From assembly GCF_963921235.1 (NCBI RefSeq), contig NC_086108.1, forward strand, positions 63,118,001 through 63,182,000: 64,000 bases of DNA, in the 5' to 3' direction. The notes under the pieces were generated by a model. That model was not told where the DNA came from, did not search any database, and worked only from the letters and a program-made list of their open reading frames with translations. This document shows positions 1 to 13,747 of this stretch, one piece after another. The stretch comes from Mobula hypostoma. Its lineage: Eukaryota. Position 1 is the first letter of the stretch. Each line of letters starts with the position of its first letter. The position numbers were made by a program, and so were the translations under genes.

Positions 1-3000
1 TTGGATTTTGGAATATTTTCATCCGTATATTGATATGGCTTGGGATGGGACACAAGTCTAAACATGAAATGTATTTGCATTACATATACAGCTTATGCAT
101 ATGCCCTGAATGTAGTTTTATATAATATTTTAGGTGGATGATCTTGTCGTACAGCTACAGATTGGCGGGTGTGATATTGTGGCCATCACTGAGACGTGGC
201 TAAAGGATGCATGTTTCTGGGAGCTGAACGTCCAAGGATACACGGTGTATCGGAAGGATAGGCAGGTAGGCAGACGGGGTGGCGTGGCTTTATTGGTAAG
301 AAATGATATCAAATCATTAGAAAGAGGTGACATAGGATCGGAAGGTGCAGAATGTTTATGGGTTTAGCTAAGAAATCGCAGGGGTAAAAGGACCCTGATG
401 ACAGTTATATACAGGCCTCCAAACAGCTGCAGTGATGTGGACTACAAATTACAACAGGAAATAGAAAGGCTTGTCGAAGGGCAGTGTGATGTTAAATGTG
501 GGGGATTTTAACATGCGAGTGGATTGGGAAAATCAGATCAGCACTGGATCTTAAGAGAGGGAATTTGTTGAATGTCTGCGAGATGGCTTTTTAGAACAAC
601 TTGTTGTTGAGCCCACGAGGGGATCAGCTATACTGGATTGGGTATTGTGCAATGAACCGGAGGTGATTAGAGAGATTGAGGTGAAGGAACCCTTAGGAGA
701 CAGTGATCATAACATGATTGAGTTCATTGTGAAATTTGAAAAAGAGAAGCCAAAATCCGATGTGTCGGTATTTCAGTGGAGTAAAGGAAATTACAGTGGC
801 ATGAGAGAGGAACTGGCCAAAGTTGACTGGAAAGGGATACTAGCAGGAAGGACGGCAGAGCAGCAGTGGCTGGAGTTTATGCAAGAAGTGAGGAAGGTGC
901 AAGACAGATATATTCCAAAAAAGAAGAAATTTTCGAATGGAAATAGAATGCAACCATGGCTGACAAGAGAACTCAAAGCCAAAGTTAAAGCAAAGGAGAG
1001 GGTATACAAGGAAACAAAAATTAGTGGAAAGACAGAGGATTGGGAAGTTTTTAAAAGCTTACAAAAGGAAACTAAGAAGGTCGTTAAGAGGGAAAAGATG
1101 AACTATGAAAGGAAGCTAGCAAATAATGTCAGAGGATACTAAAAGCTTTGTCAAGTATATAAAGAGTAAAAGACAGGTGAGAGTAGATATAGGACTGATG
1201 GAAAATGATGCTGGAGAAATTGTAATGGGAGATAAGGAGATGGAGGAGGAACTGAACAAATATTTTGCATCAGTCTTCACTGAGGAAGAAATCAGCAGTA
1301 TACCGGACACTCAAGGGCGGCAGGGAAGAGAAGTATGCGCAGTCACAATTACAACAGAGAAAGTATTCAGGAAGCAGAATAGTCTAAGGGTAGATAAATC
1401 TCGCGGACCAGATGGAATGCACTCTCGTGTTCTGAAGGAAGTAGCTATGGAGATTGCGGAGGCATGAGCAATGATCTTTCAAAAGTTGATAGATTCTGGC
1501 ATGGTTCTGGAGGACTGGAAGATTGCAAATGTCACTCCGCTATTTAAGAAGGGGGCAAGGAAGCAAAAAGGAAATTATAAACCTGTTGGCTTGATATCAG
1601 TGGTTGGGAAGTTGTTGGATTCGATTGTCAGGGATGAGGTTACGGAGAACCTGGAGGCATATGACAAGATAGGCAGAACTCAGCATGGTTTCCTTAAAGG
1701 AAAATCCTGCCTGACAAACCTATTACAATTTCTTTTTGAGGAAATTACAAGTAGGCTAGACAAGGGAGATGCAGTGTATGTTGTATATTTGGATTTTCAG
1801 AAGGCATTTGACAAGGTGCCACATGAGGCTGCTTAACAAGATAGGAGCCCATGGAATTACGAGAAATATCGCTGTGATGATCGCACATTCTAGTATCAAT
1901 TGTTTGGCGACCATAAAGTATAAAGTTACATACGTGGATAGAGCGTTGGCTGATTGGCAGGAAACAGAGAGTGGGAATAAAGGATCCTATTCTAGTTGAC
2001 TGCTGGTTACCAGTGGTGTTCCACAGGGGTCCGTGTTGGGGCCGCTTCTTTTTACGTTGTACATCAACAATTTGGATTATGGAATAGATGGCTTTGTGGC
2101 TAAGTTTGCTGATGATACAAAGATAGTTGGAGGGGCCGGTAGTGCTGAGGAAACAGAGTCTGCAGAGAGACTTGGATAGATTGGAAGAATGGGCAAAGAA
2201 GTGGCAAATGAAATACAATGTTGGAAAATGTATGGTTATGCACTTTGGCAGAAGAAATAAACGGGCAGACTATTATTTAAATGGGGAGAGAATTGAAAAG
2301 TTCTGAGATGCAACGGGACTTGGGAGTCGTCGTGCAGGATACCCTTAAGGTTAACCTCCAGGTTGAGTCAGTGGTGAAGAAGGCGAATGCAATGTTGGCA
2401 TTCATTTCTAGAGGAGTAGAGTATAGGAGCAGGGATGTGTTGTTGAGGCTCTATAAGGCGCTGGTAAGATTTCACTTGGAGTACTGTGGGCAGTTTTGGT
2501 CTCCTTATTTAAGAAAGGATGTGCTGACGTTGGAAAGGGTACAGAGAAGATTCACTAGAATGATTCTGGGAATGAGAGGGTTAACATATGAGGAACGTTT
2601 GTCCGCTCTTGGACTGTATTCCTTGACGTTTAGAAGAATGAGGGGGGACCTCATAGAAGCATCTCGAATGTTGAAAGGCATGGACAGAGTGGATGTGGCA
2701 AAGTTGTTTCCTATGATGGGGGAGTCTAGTACGAGAGGGCCTGATTAAGGGTTGAAGGGCGCCCATTCAGAACAGAGATGCGAAGAAGTATCTTTAGCCG
2801 GAGTGTGGTGAATCTATGGAATTTGTTGCCACAGGCAGCAGTGTAGGCCAAGTCATTGGGTGTATTTAAGGCAAAGATTGATAGGTATCTGAGTAGCAAG
2901 GGCATCAAAGGTTATGGTGGGAAGGTGGGGGAGTGGGACCAAATGGGAGAGTGGATCAGCTCATGATAAAATGGTGGAGCAGACTCGATGGGCCGAATGG

Positions 3001-3330
3001 CTGACTTCTGCTCCTTTGTCTTATGGTCTGAAACAATTTTGTACATGAATTAATAAGCACAAAACAGATAATAGTCACCATGAGTAATGCACAAAGGTCT
3101 AGCTATGATGATCGCTGAAAACCAACTGGCTCCAACAAGGCCCCACTCAGGGTATGTGAGGTCACTTCTCAGAACTGTCTGCAGTTCGCAGAGACCTGTG
3201 CATCTCCTGGGAAGCTGCCCAGTGCCTTCTGGAATTTTCCAATTGTGGCGACATGTCAGTGGTCAAAAAAAAAATTCAAATTTCTGCTGTTTTCGGATTT
3301 TGGATTTTCGGATAAGGGGTGCTCAACCTG
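1..3330. mobile_element. Tigger4/Zombi-like non-autonomous DNA transposon (1-131 and 3030-3330) split by a CR1
   Basis: Terminus ggataaggggtgctcaacctg and internal gggatgggacacaagtctaaac; the text continues across the CR1 (aatatttt...aaacaattttgtacatgaa). Confidence 0.65.
132..3029 (+). mobile_element. CR1 LINE, 5'-truncated ORF2 (APE endonuclease + RT), disrupted
   Basis: [52 protein letters not shown]; stops and frameshifts; 3' end cttatggtct. Confidence 0.95.
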
Positions 3331-6300
3331 AAGTAAATTGACCCAGGCAAAACTGTCAGGTAGCAGCTAAACACTTGTAGATACAAAGATCAGAAGTCCA
3401 TAGTCTCCAGATCTCCTGCATCTAACTAATATTTCCTGAACTGAACACATTGTAGTTACACCTTCAGTATCAGAATCAGATTTCAGGTAGGTTTCAGAAA
3501 TCACTGAACAACTTTAGTGCATGGTGTTGGTGTGACTCTCCCTTCTCCTCACTATCCTGACCTTCACGGCCCAATGATGATTGGTGGAGTACAGTTTCTC
3601 GGACTGCACTCTTTCTGTAGGGCAAGCTTATGAATGATGCATTACAGGACCTTGATGTGGGAAACTCGTTGATGGGTTTGGTAAGGAGTTCCATTACTTG
3701 TCCACCATATTTCTGCTTTAATATCTCTGACAAAGCGGCATCTCTCGGTCCAACAGGTTGCAGTTCCTAACGCAGGTTGCTGCACAGATTTTAATTTTAC
3801 ATGTTAAAAAGTAATCTCTGACTATACCACCCAGGAAAAACTGAAGAAACTGACATTTGGTCTGTATTATTCCTGCAGTGGGTGGATTTTGTCACATACA
3901 AGCATCTCTCCTGATTGCATTGTATCTGTTGGCACAAATCCTGCTGGTGCTGGTTCCCGAGGATTTTGGTGCTGTCCTCTTCTCTGGTTGTTGCTGCATC
4001 CAAACAAAATTGGAACGATAAACAATAGAGCTTTCTGAAGGTACAAATTTTTTAAAAAGGAGATAATGAAATAATGTAGGCACTCAGTCCTAGCAGTCCA
4101 AATGGGACATGGGCATACAGCATTGTAGAATGCCCTCTGAGTACTGCATCAAAGGCTTTCAACAGATTCTGGCCAGATTTCCATCTTAAGAATAGCACTA
4201 GGCTCTTGAATTGTTGTATCTTAAGGCAGCTGAGCACATTTCATTGTTGAGTTTAGGGTGCGGGTAACGCATGAGCTATTTGGCTGTAAGTGGTCTAACA
4301 TTAATGTAAACAGAAAATGTTCTTTTGGTACTCAACCTAAGGAGGATATTGGCTATTTTAGTAAATGGAAGTCATTTTCCCCTTGCTAAATACCTTTCCA
4401 GAATTGGAAAGTTAAGACAAGTAACAAATTTCTTGACATATGTCAGTGATATTAATTCTGATTCAGTAATAATCATTTTGTTTTCAGCCAGTAGCTGGTG
4501 AGTTTGTATCTTTCTCCCGCCCCCCCCCCCCACAGTTGCTGATGATAACTAGTTCATTCTTTATCTGTGAATTGTGGCCAGTGGAAAATGCACATTGTGA
4601 TCATGTCAGGGATTTCTAAACAGTTATATTATTATTAACGTAGAATGACACTCTTTCAAATCAGTTTTGTTTTTGTGCTTCATTTCTCCTACTTTTAATT
4701 GAATGCTAATTGTATATGAAATATCTGTTTTCATTTATGTAGGACAAAATGAATATTTTATTTAGCAGAATTGTACTGCATCTGCAGCTGTTTAGGAGAA
4801 AACATGTCGTAAGATAAAATGAACTCCAATTTACACCCATACTTAAAAATAATTATTACATATGGATTACAGTGATTGAAGCATTGATACTTTTCTGAAT
4901 AGTTCATGATCTGCACAGAGGATACATTGCTAATAATGTCATAGTTTTAATGATGCTAATGTAATACAGGGGTACCCACGTCCCACAACTAATTGTGAAC
5001 TTGCCTATTTGTGACTTAACCGCAATAGATTCAGGGTGGGTGGGATAACAATGCAACCAAGTACCACACTGTGCAGTGACGCCTCAGTAATTATAACGCT
5101 TAAGTGAAACTTCATGTTTCGCAGCCTTCTAAATTTACTGGTTTTTGGCTGTATATCCAAGCACTCTGCGCCTCTGTCTCCCTCCTCACTGCCACATCCC
5201 TGCTTCTGGTTCTCTCTACACAGTCCACTAAGTCATTACCCTTTCAGTTCTGCTTTTGGATACACACTGTCTTCTCCCTTACAGGTCTGCTTGAGCCCGA
5301 TCATAACACCTTCCTTTTAAGTCTGCTTGAGTGCCATGATGTCATCTCCCTTTCAACCTTGCTTCTCAACTATTCCCTCTTCCTTCAAGTCTGATTAAGT
5401 TGCACCTTGCCGGGACTGCACCCCGTTTACCAGATCATCCTGCTGCTTCTGCAATTCTCCCTGCCACCCATTAACTCTGTGCCCAAAGAAGTTCACTCCG
5501 ACTTTGCTCTGCTTTCTTAGCCTGTTTGCGTTTGACCCTCCCTGGTGTGCTGGCTCATCACCCTGATCATCCTGTAACTCTTCACGTATCAGTACACTTC
5601 TGGTCACCCTGCTTCACCCTGTTTCCTTGGTTCATTGTTCCTGCACTCGTTGCATCCATGCAGCCGGTTTGCCTCACAGGTCTGCTTGGCCATTACCTTT
5701 TCAGATCTGCTTGTGTCCCTCTCTTCGTTCTCCCTTTCGGGTCCGTTGAGCTTCACCTGCTTTCAGGTTTGTGTGAGTTCCACCCTTCCTGGTCTCTTTT
5801 AGTTTCTAATATCATTTGTAAGGTAGTTTTATATCTATGAAGACCAAGAGCTTGAGACCAATTGGATGCCTCTCTCATATAAATGCTGACCAAATTGTCT
5901 TTTTTAGTGCTGAATAATTCTAATTCTAAAAGGGAAGTACCTTCAGGTACTTAACTCATTTGTTTGGAATAATAAAACATAATTTAAACCAAATCTATGA
6001 CAAGTAAATTGTACAGTATTGTAATCTTTTCAAGTGGATTTGGTACTGACAAATCTGAGAATTTGAACAGATTTGATAACTTCTTATTTTTGGCACTTCA
6101 TCTACTAAACTATCTGAAATATCTGTAAACTGTAACGACAAGAGATTCTTCAAGTGGATACCCAGATTTCTGGTTTGCATTCCCTATAGATTAGGTTCTG
6201 TACTGCAAGCACAAATTTATAAAGTTAGCTCTTGGGTTTCAAAAACATTTTTTTTCACCAATGGCCCTCTCTTGAGATCAGCTGATTCCCAAAAAACAGA

Positions 6301-7289
6301 TCACATGTCAGACAGTCTTTATTGCCATTGAGCTTCAGACTTTGAAGAACCATCTTTGTTTTCTCTGTTTAAAAATGAGAGTAGTTTAGTTGTGCATCAG
6401 AATGAGGAATGAGTATTTTCAAGGTCTGTGGCAGTGTACAAATAGCCCATCAGATAAGTGTTCATATCTTATCAATATCAAAAATGTAGCCCAAATTATG
6501 AAGACCAGTATAGATTAACCTCAGGCCACAATACATTCTTTGAGAGTAAGCCTGGTTAAATTGGTTGATGTATTATATTGTCTAATGGGCTTCTAAATAC
6601 TGGCATGCATCATTTTTGTCGTTGTTTTCATTTTCTCCAGACAGTTATTGAGATTACTTGAGCTAAAGTAGAAGTAAAATGGCATTTTGATCTTTACCAA
6701 CCAATGGCATCTTTGTTCCAGCACTGGCAATAGCAAGCTTGCTTTGGAATACTATGCAACAAAGACACAGTCATCATGAATGCTCTCTGTTTATACCAGA
6801 CTCTCTTTTTGTCATGAAGTATTTTTGAAGTTTTATTTTCTTCCCAGAGTTTAACCTTGGATTATAGCCAGTCAGTCAAAATGCCATCAGAAATTTTTAT
6901 AGATTTTTTTTCCTTTTCAAAATAACAACAGCTACTTAAGTGAAATATTGAGCTATTTAAAACTAAAGTGAAAAGAAAGGGAACTCTCAGACAATGATTG
7001 GTTTGTAATTGAGATGTTTATTATCTGTTTTTGCACAGTCTTTAACTCTTTTATCACTAAGAATTTTAGGAATTTACTTGTTGTTTTATTACAATAAACA
7101 ATTAAAATCATTTGATCTATTTGATCCTAATTCATAATGAATGGGTTAAAACCTCCCTGAGGCATATTATTAAAATATGAAAAGTACACAATAGCTTGTT
7201 GTAATGGAAAGTTGATCAGGATCAAATCTTTCAGCATTTGTTTCCCAATATTTTATTTATAATTATCTGATCAAACTCCATGCAATACA

Positions 7290-7925
7290 CCAAGAGGGAA
7301 GTCATAGACTACAGGAAGCTATTGAACAGTTTTGAAAGATGGGTGGAACAATGGCAGATATAATTCAGTTTTGAAATATGCAAGGAGATGTGCTTTGTGA
7401 GTACTAGTAATGGTCGGTCGGACATAAGTACACCATGAATGGTATGATTAGGGCATATTAAAGAACAGAGGAACCTTGGTATACAGATCCAAATATCCCT
7501 GAAGGCAAAAGCACAGGTCGATAAGGAGACGAAGGCATATGAGATATATGTCTTAATTAGCCAAGACATAGAAATACAAGCAGGGAGGTTATGGTACAAC
7601 TTCAGAAAGCATTGCTTAGGCCTTGTACAGTTCTGGTTGCCACAATGGAAGAGGGATGTTGTTGCACTTACGAGAAGATACATCAGGATGTGACATGGAA
7701 TGGTGTGTTTAATTTAGGAGGATAGAATGGGATGGGTTTGTTTGCCTTGGATTCCAGGGCAGAAGCCTGAGAGGGACCTGAAGGCCGCAGAGAAAATTAC
7801 AAGGGGCAGAGTAGATTGGAGGAATCTTCCCCCCATAGGAGTGGAAGCAAAAGCTAGAAAGCAAGTTTTGCATAAATGAAAATTCTCAGCTAGAGGGTAG
7901 TTGGGATCTGGAACACACTGCTTGA
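7290..7925 (+). mobile_element. Old CR1 3' fragment
   Basis: Degenerate CR1 ORF2 C-terminal nucleotide motifs. Confidence 0.7.
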
Positions 7926-7932
7926 GTGAAGG

Positions 7933-8640
7933 AAGTAATTATCAAAGTACATACAGGACATGTTACCAAATACAAGATTGAAATTCATCCTCCTGCAGGT
8001 CTTTACAGGAAACATTAGTATCAGTGTAAAAAATACACATAAACATACAAAGACTGACAAACAACCAAGGAGCAAAAGAAGACAATCTGTGTAAATAAGA
8101 TAATACTGAGTTGTAAAGAGTCCTTGAAAGTAAGTCATTAGGTCGTAGCATCAGTTCAGAGTATTGGTGAATGAAGTTATCCATACAGGTTTAGGAGCCA
8201 GATGATTGTGGGGTAACAACTATTCCTTAACTTTGTGGTGTGGGACCTCAGGTTTCTGCATCTCCTGCCTGATGGTAACAGTAAGAAGAGGGCAGGGCCT
8301 GGATGGCGGGGGCCTTTTGCTGAAGGATGCTGCGTTCTTGTGGCAGCACTCCATGTAAATGTACTCAGTGGTGGGAAGAGCTTTGTCTGTGATGGACTGG
8401 GCTATATCCACCACTTTCTGTAATTTTTTCTCTTGCTGAGGATTGGTGTCTCCACTCAGTCTATGATGCAACTAATTAGGGTACCCGGCACTCTGCAACT
8501 ATAGAAGTCTGTCAGAGTTTTTGGTGACATTCCCAATCTACGTGAACTTCTCAGAAAGTAGAAGCACTGTCATGCCTTCTTTGCCATGATATTTATGTAC
8601 TGGTTGCAAGAAAGGTCCGCTGATATGTTAACACCAAGAA
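7933..8640 (-). mobile_element. Rex1/Babar-like LINE 3' portion
   Basis: KKLQKVVDIAQSIT motif; homologous to 44500-45050 and 27090-27500. Confidence 0.75.
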
Positions 8641-10507
8641 TAGAAGGCTATCGAAAAATCTAACAAGTTTCAAGTGGAAACTTAATAATATGCAACAATA
8701 TTATAACTTTGAGATAGTTATGAGACTTGTCAGGATACACAAACAAAAATAGTGCTCAGAAAATGTGAATAAAAATTGAGGTGCATTTGAGGCCATATTG
8801 GATGGCATTGAAAACAGAAGCTAGAATTACGATACACATTGAACATGCTTCCATTGCAGCCTGATCAAATTTGTCTGCAACCTCATTAGAATAGCTTCAG
8901 CAATCTGACAGTACTGACTGTGCGGGTTATTGCCTTGGCAGGTTTCAATAGAGTCCATTTGCACCAGCTCAGGTGAACCAGCAATAACTAAATCTTGTCT
9001 GAATCTTTTAAAGGGATGAGTTTTGGTCATAACTCGTGAAGCAAGTTATTCCACAGGTGTTAGGTTCCTGGAAGAAAGTCAAAAATGGTGAGAGTGGGTA
9101 CCCAAGTTTTCCAAAATAGTTTCAGAAGTCTTTGCTAACAAGATTGAAGGGAGCTGAGAACTCCTATTAAGCCAAGTATGGATGCAGGGAAAAACAGTAC
9201 AGGGATGGTGTAACTGAGAAGCACATGATGAGGCAATGCTCAGCGACCTGAGTGCAGAGCTGCATGAAGTTTAATAATCTCACATGCATTTGTCAGTGAG
9301 CCTTCGAATGCCATCTCCCACCAATTCACACAGTATTCTGAACAATGTAGCTCCATCACTCAACCAGCCAATGGTTTCTAAGACTGAGACCTCACTCTGA
9401 TCATTACTCCAAATCCCACACCATATCGTGCAACTTGCACAATTGCCAACTAGTCACCCATACCCTGCACTTTACTCTGTTCCTCACTAGCACACTTACC
9501 TCTCTCCAGAAAGAAAACATGACGTTAACTGGTACCGATAGCATTAATTTGACTGGGAATGAGCTTGGATTTAATGGCTCTTCGTCCTGAATGATGCTGC
9601 CCGTTATAGGAGGAGTTATCCTAGAATCCATGGCCAGTCGCAGTTCAGGAGGCATTGAAAATAAGAATATGTTCAAGCCTGATTCTTTCTCACATCCTAC
9701 AACCCTCTCATCTGACTAGTCTCTTCTGACACACGTTTCAGCAGATAGTATTAACACACACTTTTCATTTGTTTCTCTCCATCACTGTCACTCACTGTAA
9801 CCTCTACTCTTGTCCCTTTTTTCTTTTTAGTTAGCCAAGCACTCACACATGGTGAGCCAACAGCAGCTCAGCACAGGAGAGCATTGATGGTGGCATACTA
9901 TCATTCAATCTAGCACTTGCACCTTAGGTGTTAACTCACTGGTAAGAGTTCCGTTGTGTAGACTCTCCTGCTGTGTATGTGCAATGTAAATTGAGAGCCA
10001 GGATCAGAAGATTATCCTTGTCTCTAAGGGGTTTTGACAATGTCTCTCAAAGATGTAAGACACAGCAGAATATCACAAAATGAAAAAGTTGTGGCTTTTC
10101 CCTGATCTCAGGACTCACAATCTCAGAGCTCTGTAGTCTAGTGGCAACAAGATTTGTAAAAAGCTTAAAATTTAGGATACAGTGTTAACTTTGGCTATAC
10201 CACTCATTACAGATTTCCGAAGCTGTTACGAGTTCTCAGATTTGGTACTCACTTACAACAAATTCCCCTTCAAATTAACTGCAAGAGCAGTTGATGTAGT
10301 GTGTTTATGTCCCAATGTTGTCCCAATGAGTTTCACAGATGGTTGAAAATGGTATGAAGAGAGGACAGCTGCCAGTTGAATGCTATTTTTTTAATTAATG
10401 TGGAATTTATAACTGCTGGCCACATACAGTAAATTTACTTTTGTTTTTCAGGCCACTTCTCCTTTACTGCCCAAAAGGAAAAGAGAGTTGCTCATGTTTT
10501 AGTAAGC

Positions 10508-11293
10508 CGAGAAAATTCCAGTGAATTGGGCCATCAGTTAATCAAATCACTACTTATTTAGAACAACTCTTTAAAAACAAAAACTAATTGAGAAAATAGT
10601 CGGGATTCCCTTCACTGCTGCTGGAGTTTTTAACTAGTTTCAGTCCCATGCACTTGAGTGGCCGTTAATCACTAACTGTATTTAAAGCAAACAGTTTTTA
10701 AATAGTATCAGTTGCATGTGTTTGTGTTCGAAAAACAGTGCTTTTTGTCACTGACAGTTCGTGAGCAAGACAATTTGGAACTCCTTTGCTCATTGTGATT
10801 TCAAGCATTTAGGCTTGGAGATCCCAGAAATGGCCAGGAGTGAAAATGAAATGATTTCACTATTTCAGCAAGTTAGGAACTATGACATATTTGAAGGTAT
10901 TGACCATCATCTTGAATGTTATAATGAAAATTAAGATTTGGAGGATGCAATCGTCAAAACCATTATATAAAGGCAGTCTATTATCTGCACTAGGTGGCTG
11001 CGCTGATTTTGTTCATTTTGTCAATCAAAAGAACATGGCAGCATACACTGGATGAATTCCTCCATTGATTACCGTTAGGGACTACAGTTTTATAGTACTG
11101 TAGTAGTCTTGTTATTGTTTTAATTTGTTCTATATTTCATTTAAATACATAATTTGTTACTCAGTTAAACAGTAATTTGTCTTTTTTATATGTTTTTAAC
11201 TATTCCCTTGAAACTTCAGCTAATTGAGGCAGCTGCTTAATTGGGCCAAAGTGTACTGGTCCTGATGTGTCCCAATTAATCAGAATCCACTAT
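10508..11293. mobile_element. Tigger/pogo-like non-autonomous DNA transposon
   Basis: Imperfect inverted ends (attccagtgaattggg ... cccaattaatcagaatccactata). Confidence 0.55.
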
Positions 11294-12346
11294 ATTCCCT
11301 TAGATTTGAAACATAATTTGGCTAGGTCTACTCAGCATGAAAGACTTATATAAGCATTGTTTACTTAAGAAGAAACCAGCAACATAGTACAGAGAATAAT
11401 TTGGTTGAGTCTTAGCCTGGAATAATTATTTTTATCGGATAGTATTTCACCTGGACTTGTAGCACAAAATAATTGGACGAGAAACTTGAGAAGCACTGCC
11501 AATATTGTCACTGCCTACAAACTCTTAAATACAACATAAAGACAACTGCAAACTCAAATAATGAAAACAATGTCATCTTTCTCCACTATGCTTCCAATAC
11601 CCTAAGAGCTCTAATAGCGTGCTTCTAAACATTAATTAAAAAAGCATCTCGGAAATAACGATTAGTTTAAATTAGCAGAAAGGAAATAGACTGTATTTTA
11701 ATTCAAATAACATAGGTTAATGGTGAATGGTTTTCATCCAATGTTTATAATAAATTAATTTGCCAATCTATCAGACAGTATAAGATGACAAGGGATACAA
11801 TGGTTACTAATGCTCATGTCAATCTTTTCATTATACTGTATTAGTTCCTTTGTCAACTGATTGATGATAGTGGTCAAGGACTTCAGGTGGTGAACAGTGA
11901 CATTTAATAATAGGAAGGTTTGGAAAATTATTTCTTGTCATAAAGAAATAAAAGCGGTTCTCCAAAGAAACAAGTGACTCAAATTTATTTTACGTTTTAA
12001 ACAAACATTAATGCATCTTATATGTTATGAAATATAATATAGACAATGCAAAATCAAAAAAGCTGGTATACTCAGGTCAGATAGCTTCTGTGGAGTGAGA
12101 GGCAAAGGTAATGTTTTGGTTTGGTAATTTTTTATTCTTCACTTAATAGTAAGAGCTTAGAACTTCTTTTAACAGTGAAGGCTTATAGATAGTGTCCTAG
12201 AAAAAGGTGTGTTTTTTGAGGAATCTGAAGTGTATTAGGGCCAAGAGCAGTGCACTACACAACACTTCACACATCCCACTTTATTAATCAGATAATCCAG
12301 TGGCCTCAGCTACACTGTTTTCTTTTTTTCTCCTCTCTCCCTCTCA

Positions 12347-12348
<2 letters not shown>

Positions 12349-12381
<33 letters not shown>
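12349..12381. repeat. (CA)n microsatellite
   Basis: Direct observation. Confidence 0.95.
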
Positions 12382-12384
<3 letters not shown>

Positions 12385-12449
12385 CTCACTTTCTAGCATC
12401 TGTCAAAGTAGGAGGATAGTTGATGTTTCAGCTTGATACCCACATCACA

Positions 12450-12560
12450 ATCCGGACCTAAAACATCAATCATCCCTTTCCCTCCTTAGATGATAGCTGA
12501 CCCACTGAGTTCCTCCAGCAGTTTCTTTTTTCATTCCAGGTTCCAACATCTGCATCTCTT
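12450..12560 (+). mobile_element. Penelope-like pseudo-LTR fragment, degenerate
   Basis: gatgatagctgacccactgagttcctccagca...ttccaacatctgca, homologous to 59860-59910 and 49640-49715. Confidence 0.6.
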
Positions 12561-13747
12561 GTATCTCCATATATAATGAGAAACCTTTTTTTTTCTCCAA
12601 TGTATTCAACAGGAAGCTATGGAAAAAATGGGAAAAATTGGAAAAATAATTCTTCCAGACCCGGAGCAAAAGAGGTAATTAAGTTTTAAATCTTCATTAT
12701 TTGAGTTATTTTTCATTTTACCCTTATTTGTGAATATTCCCCATCAAGAGAATAAGTAATCCCATTTGCCGATGCTTGATACATGATATCCTCTACAGGA
12801 CAGTCATTAGTTTCATTACCGAGATGGCAGAACTGCTTATAAGCAGGATCAGAGCCAGGTGATAGGAAACAGGGAGGGTAACATATAAACTAATGGGGGG
12901 CATATCAAATGATCTTTTAAGGGGGAGGGATATATAGAGCAAAGGAAATATCTCTTATTGGGCAATACTAGGATTTGTGGTGATGTTGATGGAGCAACTG
13001 GCTTGACTGAGAAAATAGGAATATATAAAAGCACAAAATGCAAGTAAGAGCTGTAGGAAATATATAGCAGAACAAAAAGTGTCAGCGGGGAGAGAGAAAA
13101 ACTGAGTAAATATTATGGATGGATAACCTACAGCAGAACTGTCCTGTTCCAATACTAATAAAAAAAAAAGCAAAAGTACCAGGATAACTGTTCTGATACT
13201 AAGAGAAATAGCATGTTACCTAGAATTGCTGATTTTATATTGAGTCCCAAAGGTTGCAACATCGCCAGATGGAATTTGTAAGATCGAACTTGTATTTAGC
13301 TTCATTAGAGCAGCACAGGATGCCATGTTGGTTAGGATTCATTACAATGAAGTGCTTCATCTGTGGGGATTGATTAGGTCCCTAGGTAATGTGAAGGGAG
13401 GAGGTGAAAGGGCAGGTGGGAAAGTGCCATGAGAAGCTGGAAATGGAAGAATGGACCAAAGAATCATGAAAGGAAAGGTCCCATCAGAATGGTGAAAGGT
13501 GAGGGAAGTGGAAAATACATCTTATGCTAGAATCTCATTGAATGACCTAGAAAGCTATGTCTGTGCTGTAGGAAAAGGAGGTGAGAACAGAGGTGTGGTT
13601 CCTCTGAGTCGCAGTTAATGGCAGTCACAGTTAAGGAAGAAGGAAAAACATCTCAGAGGTACCGGGATAATGAAATGGAGTCCTTACAGTGTGGCTGTTG
13701 GAAGTATAGTAAGAACCTCTGGACTTGTAATGAACATTTCTATCTAT

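Noticed and set aside
5104..5840. Hydrophobic plus-strand ORFs as membrane proteins
   Set aside because: Artefact of C/T-rich composition; no motifs or splice support.
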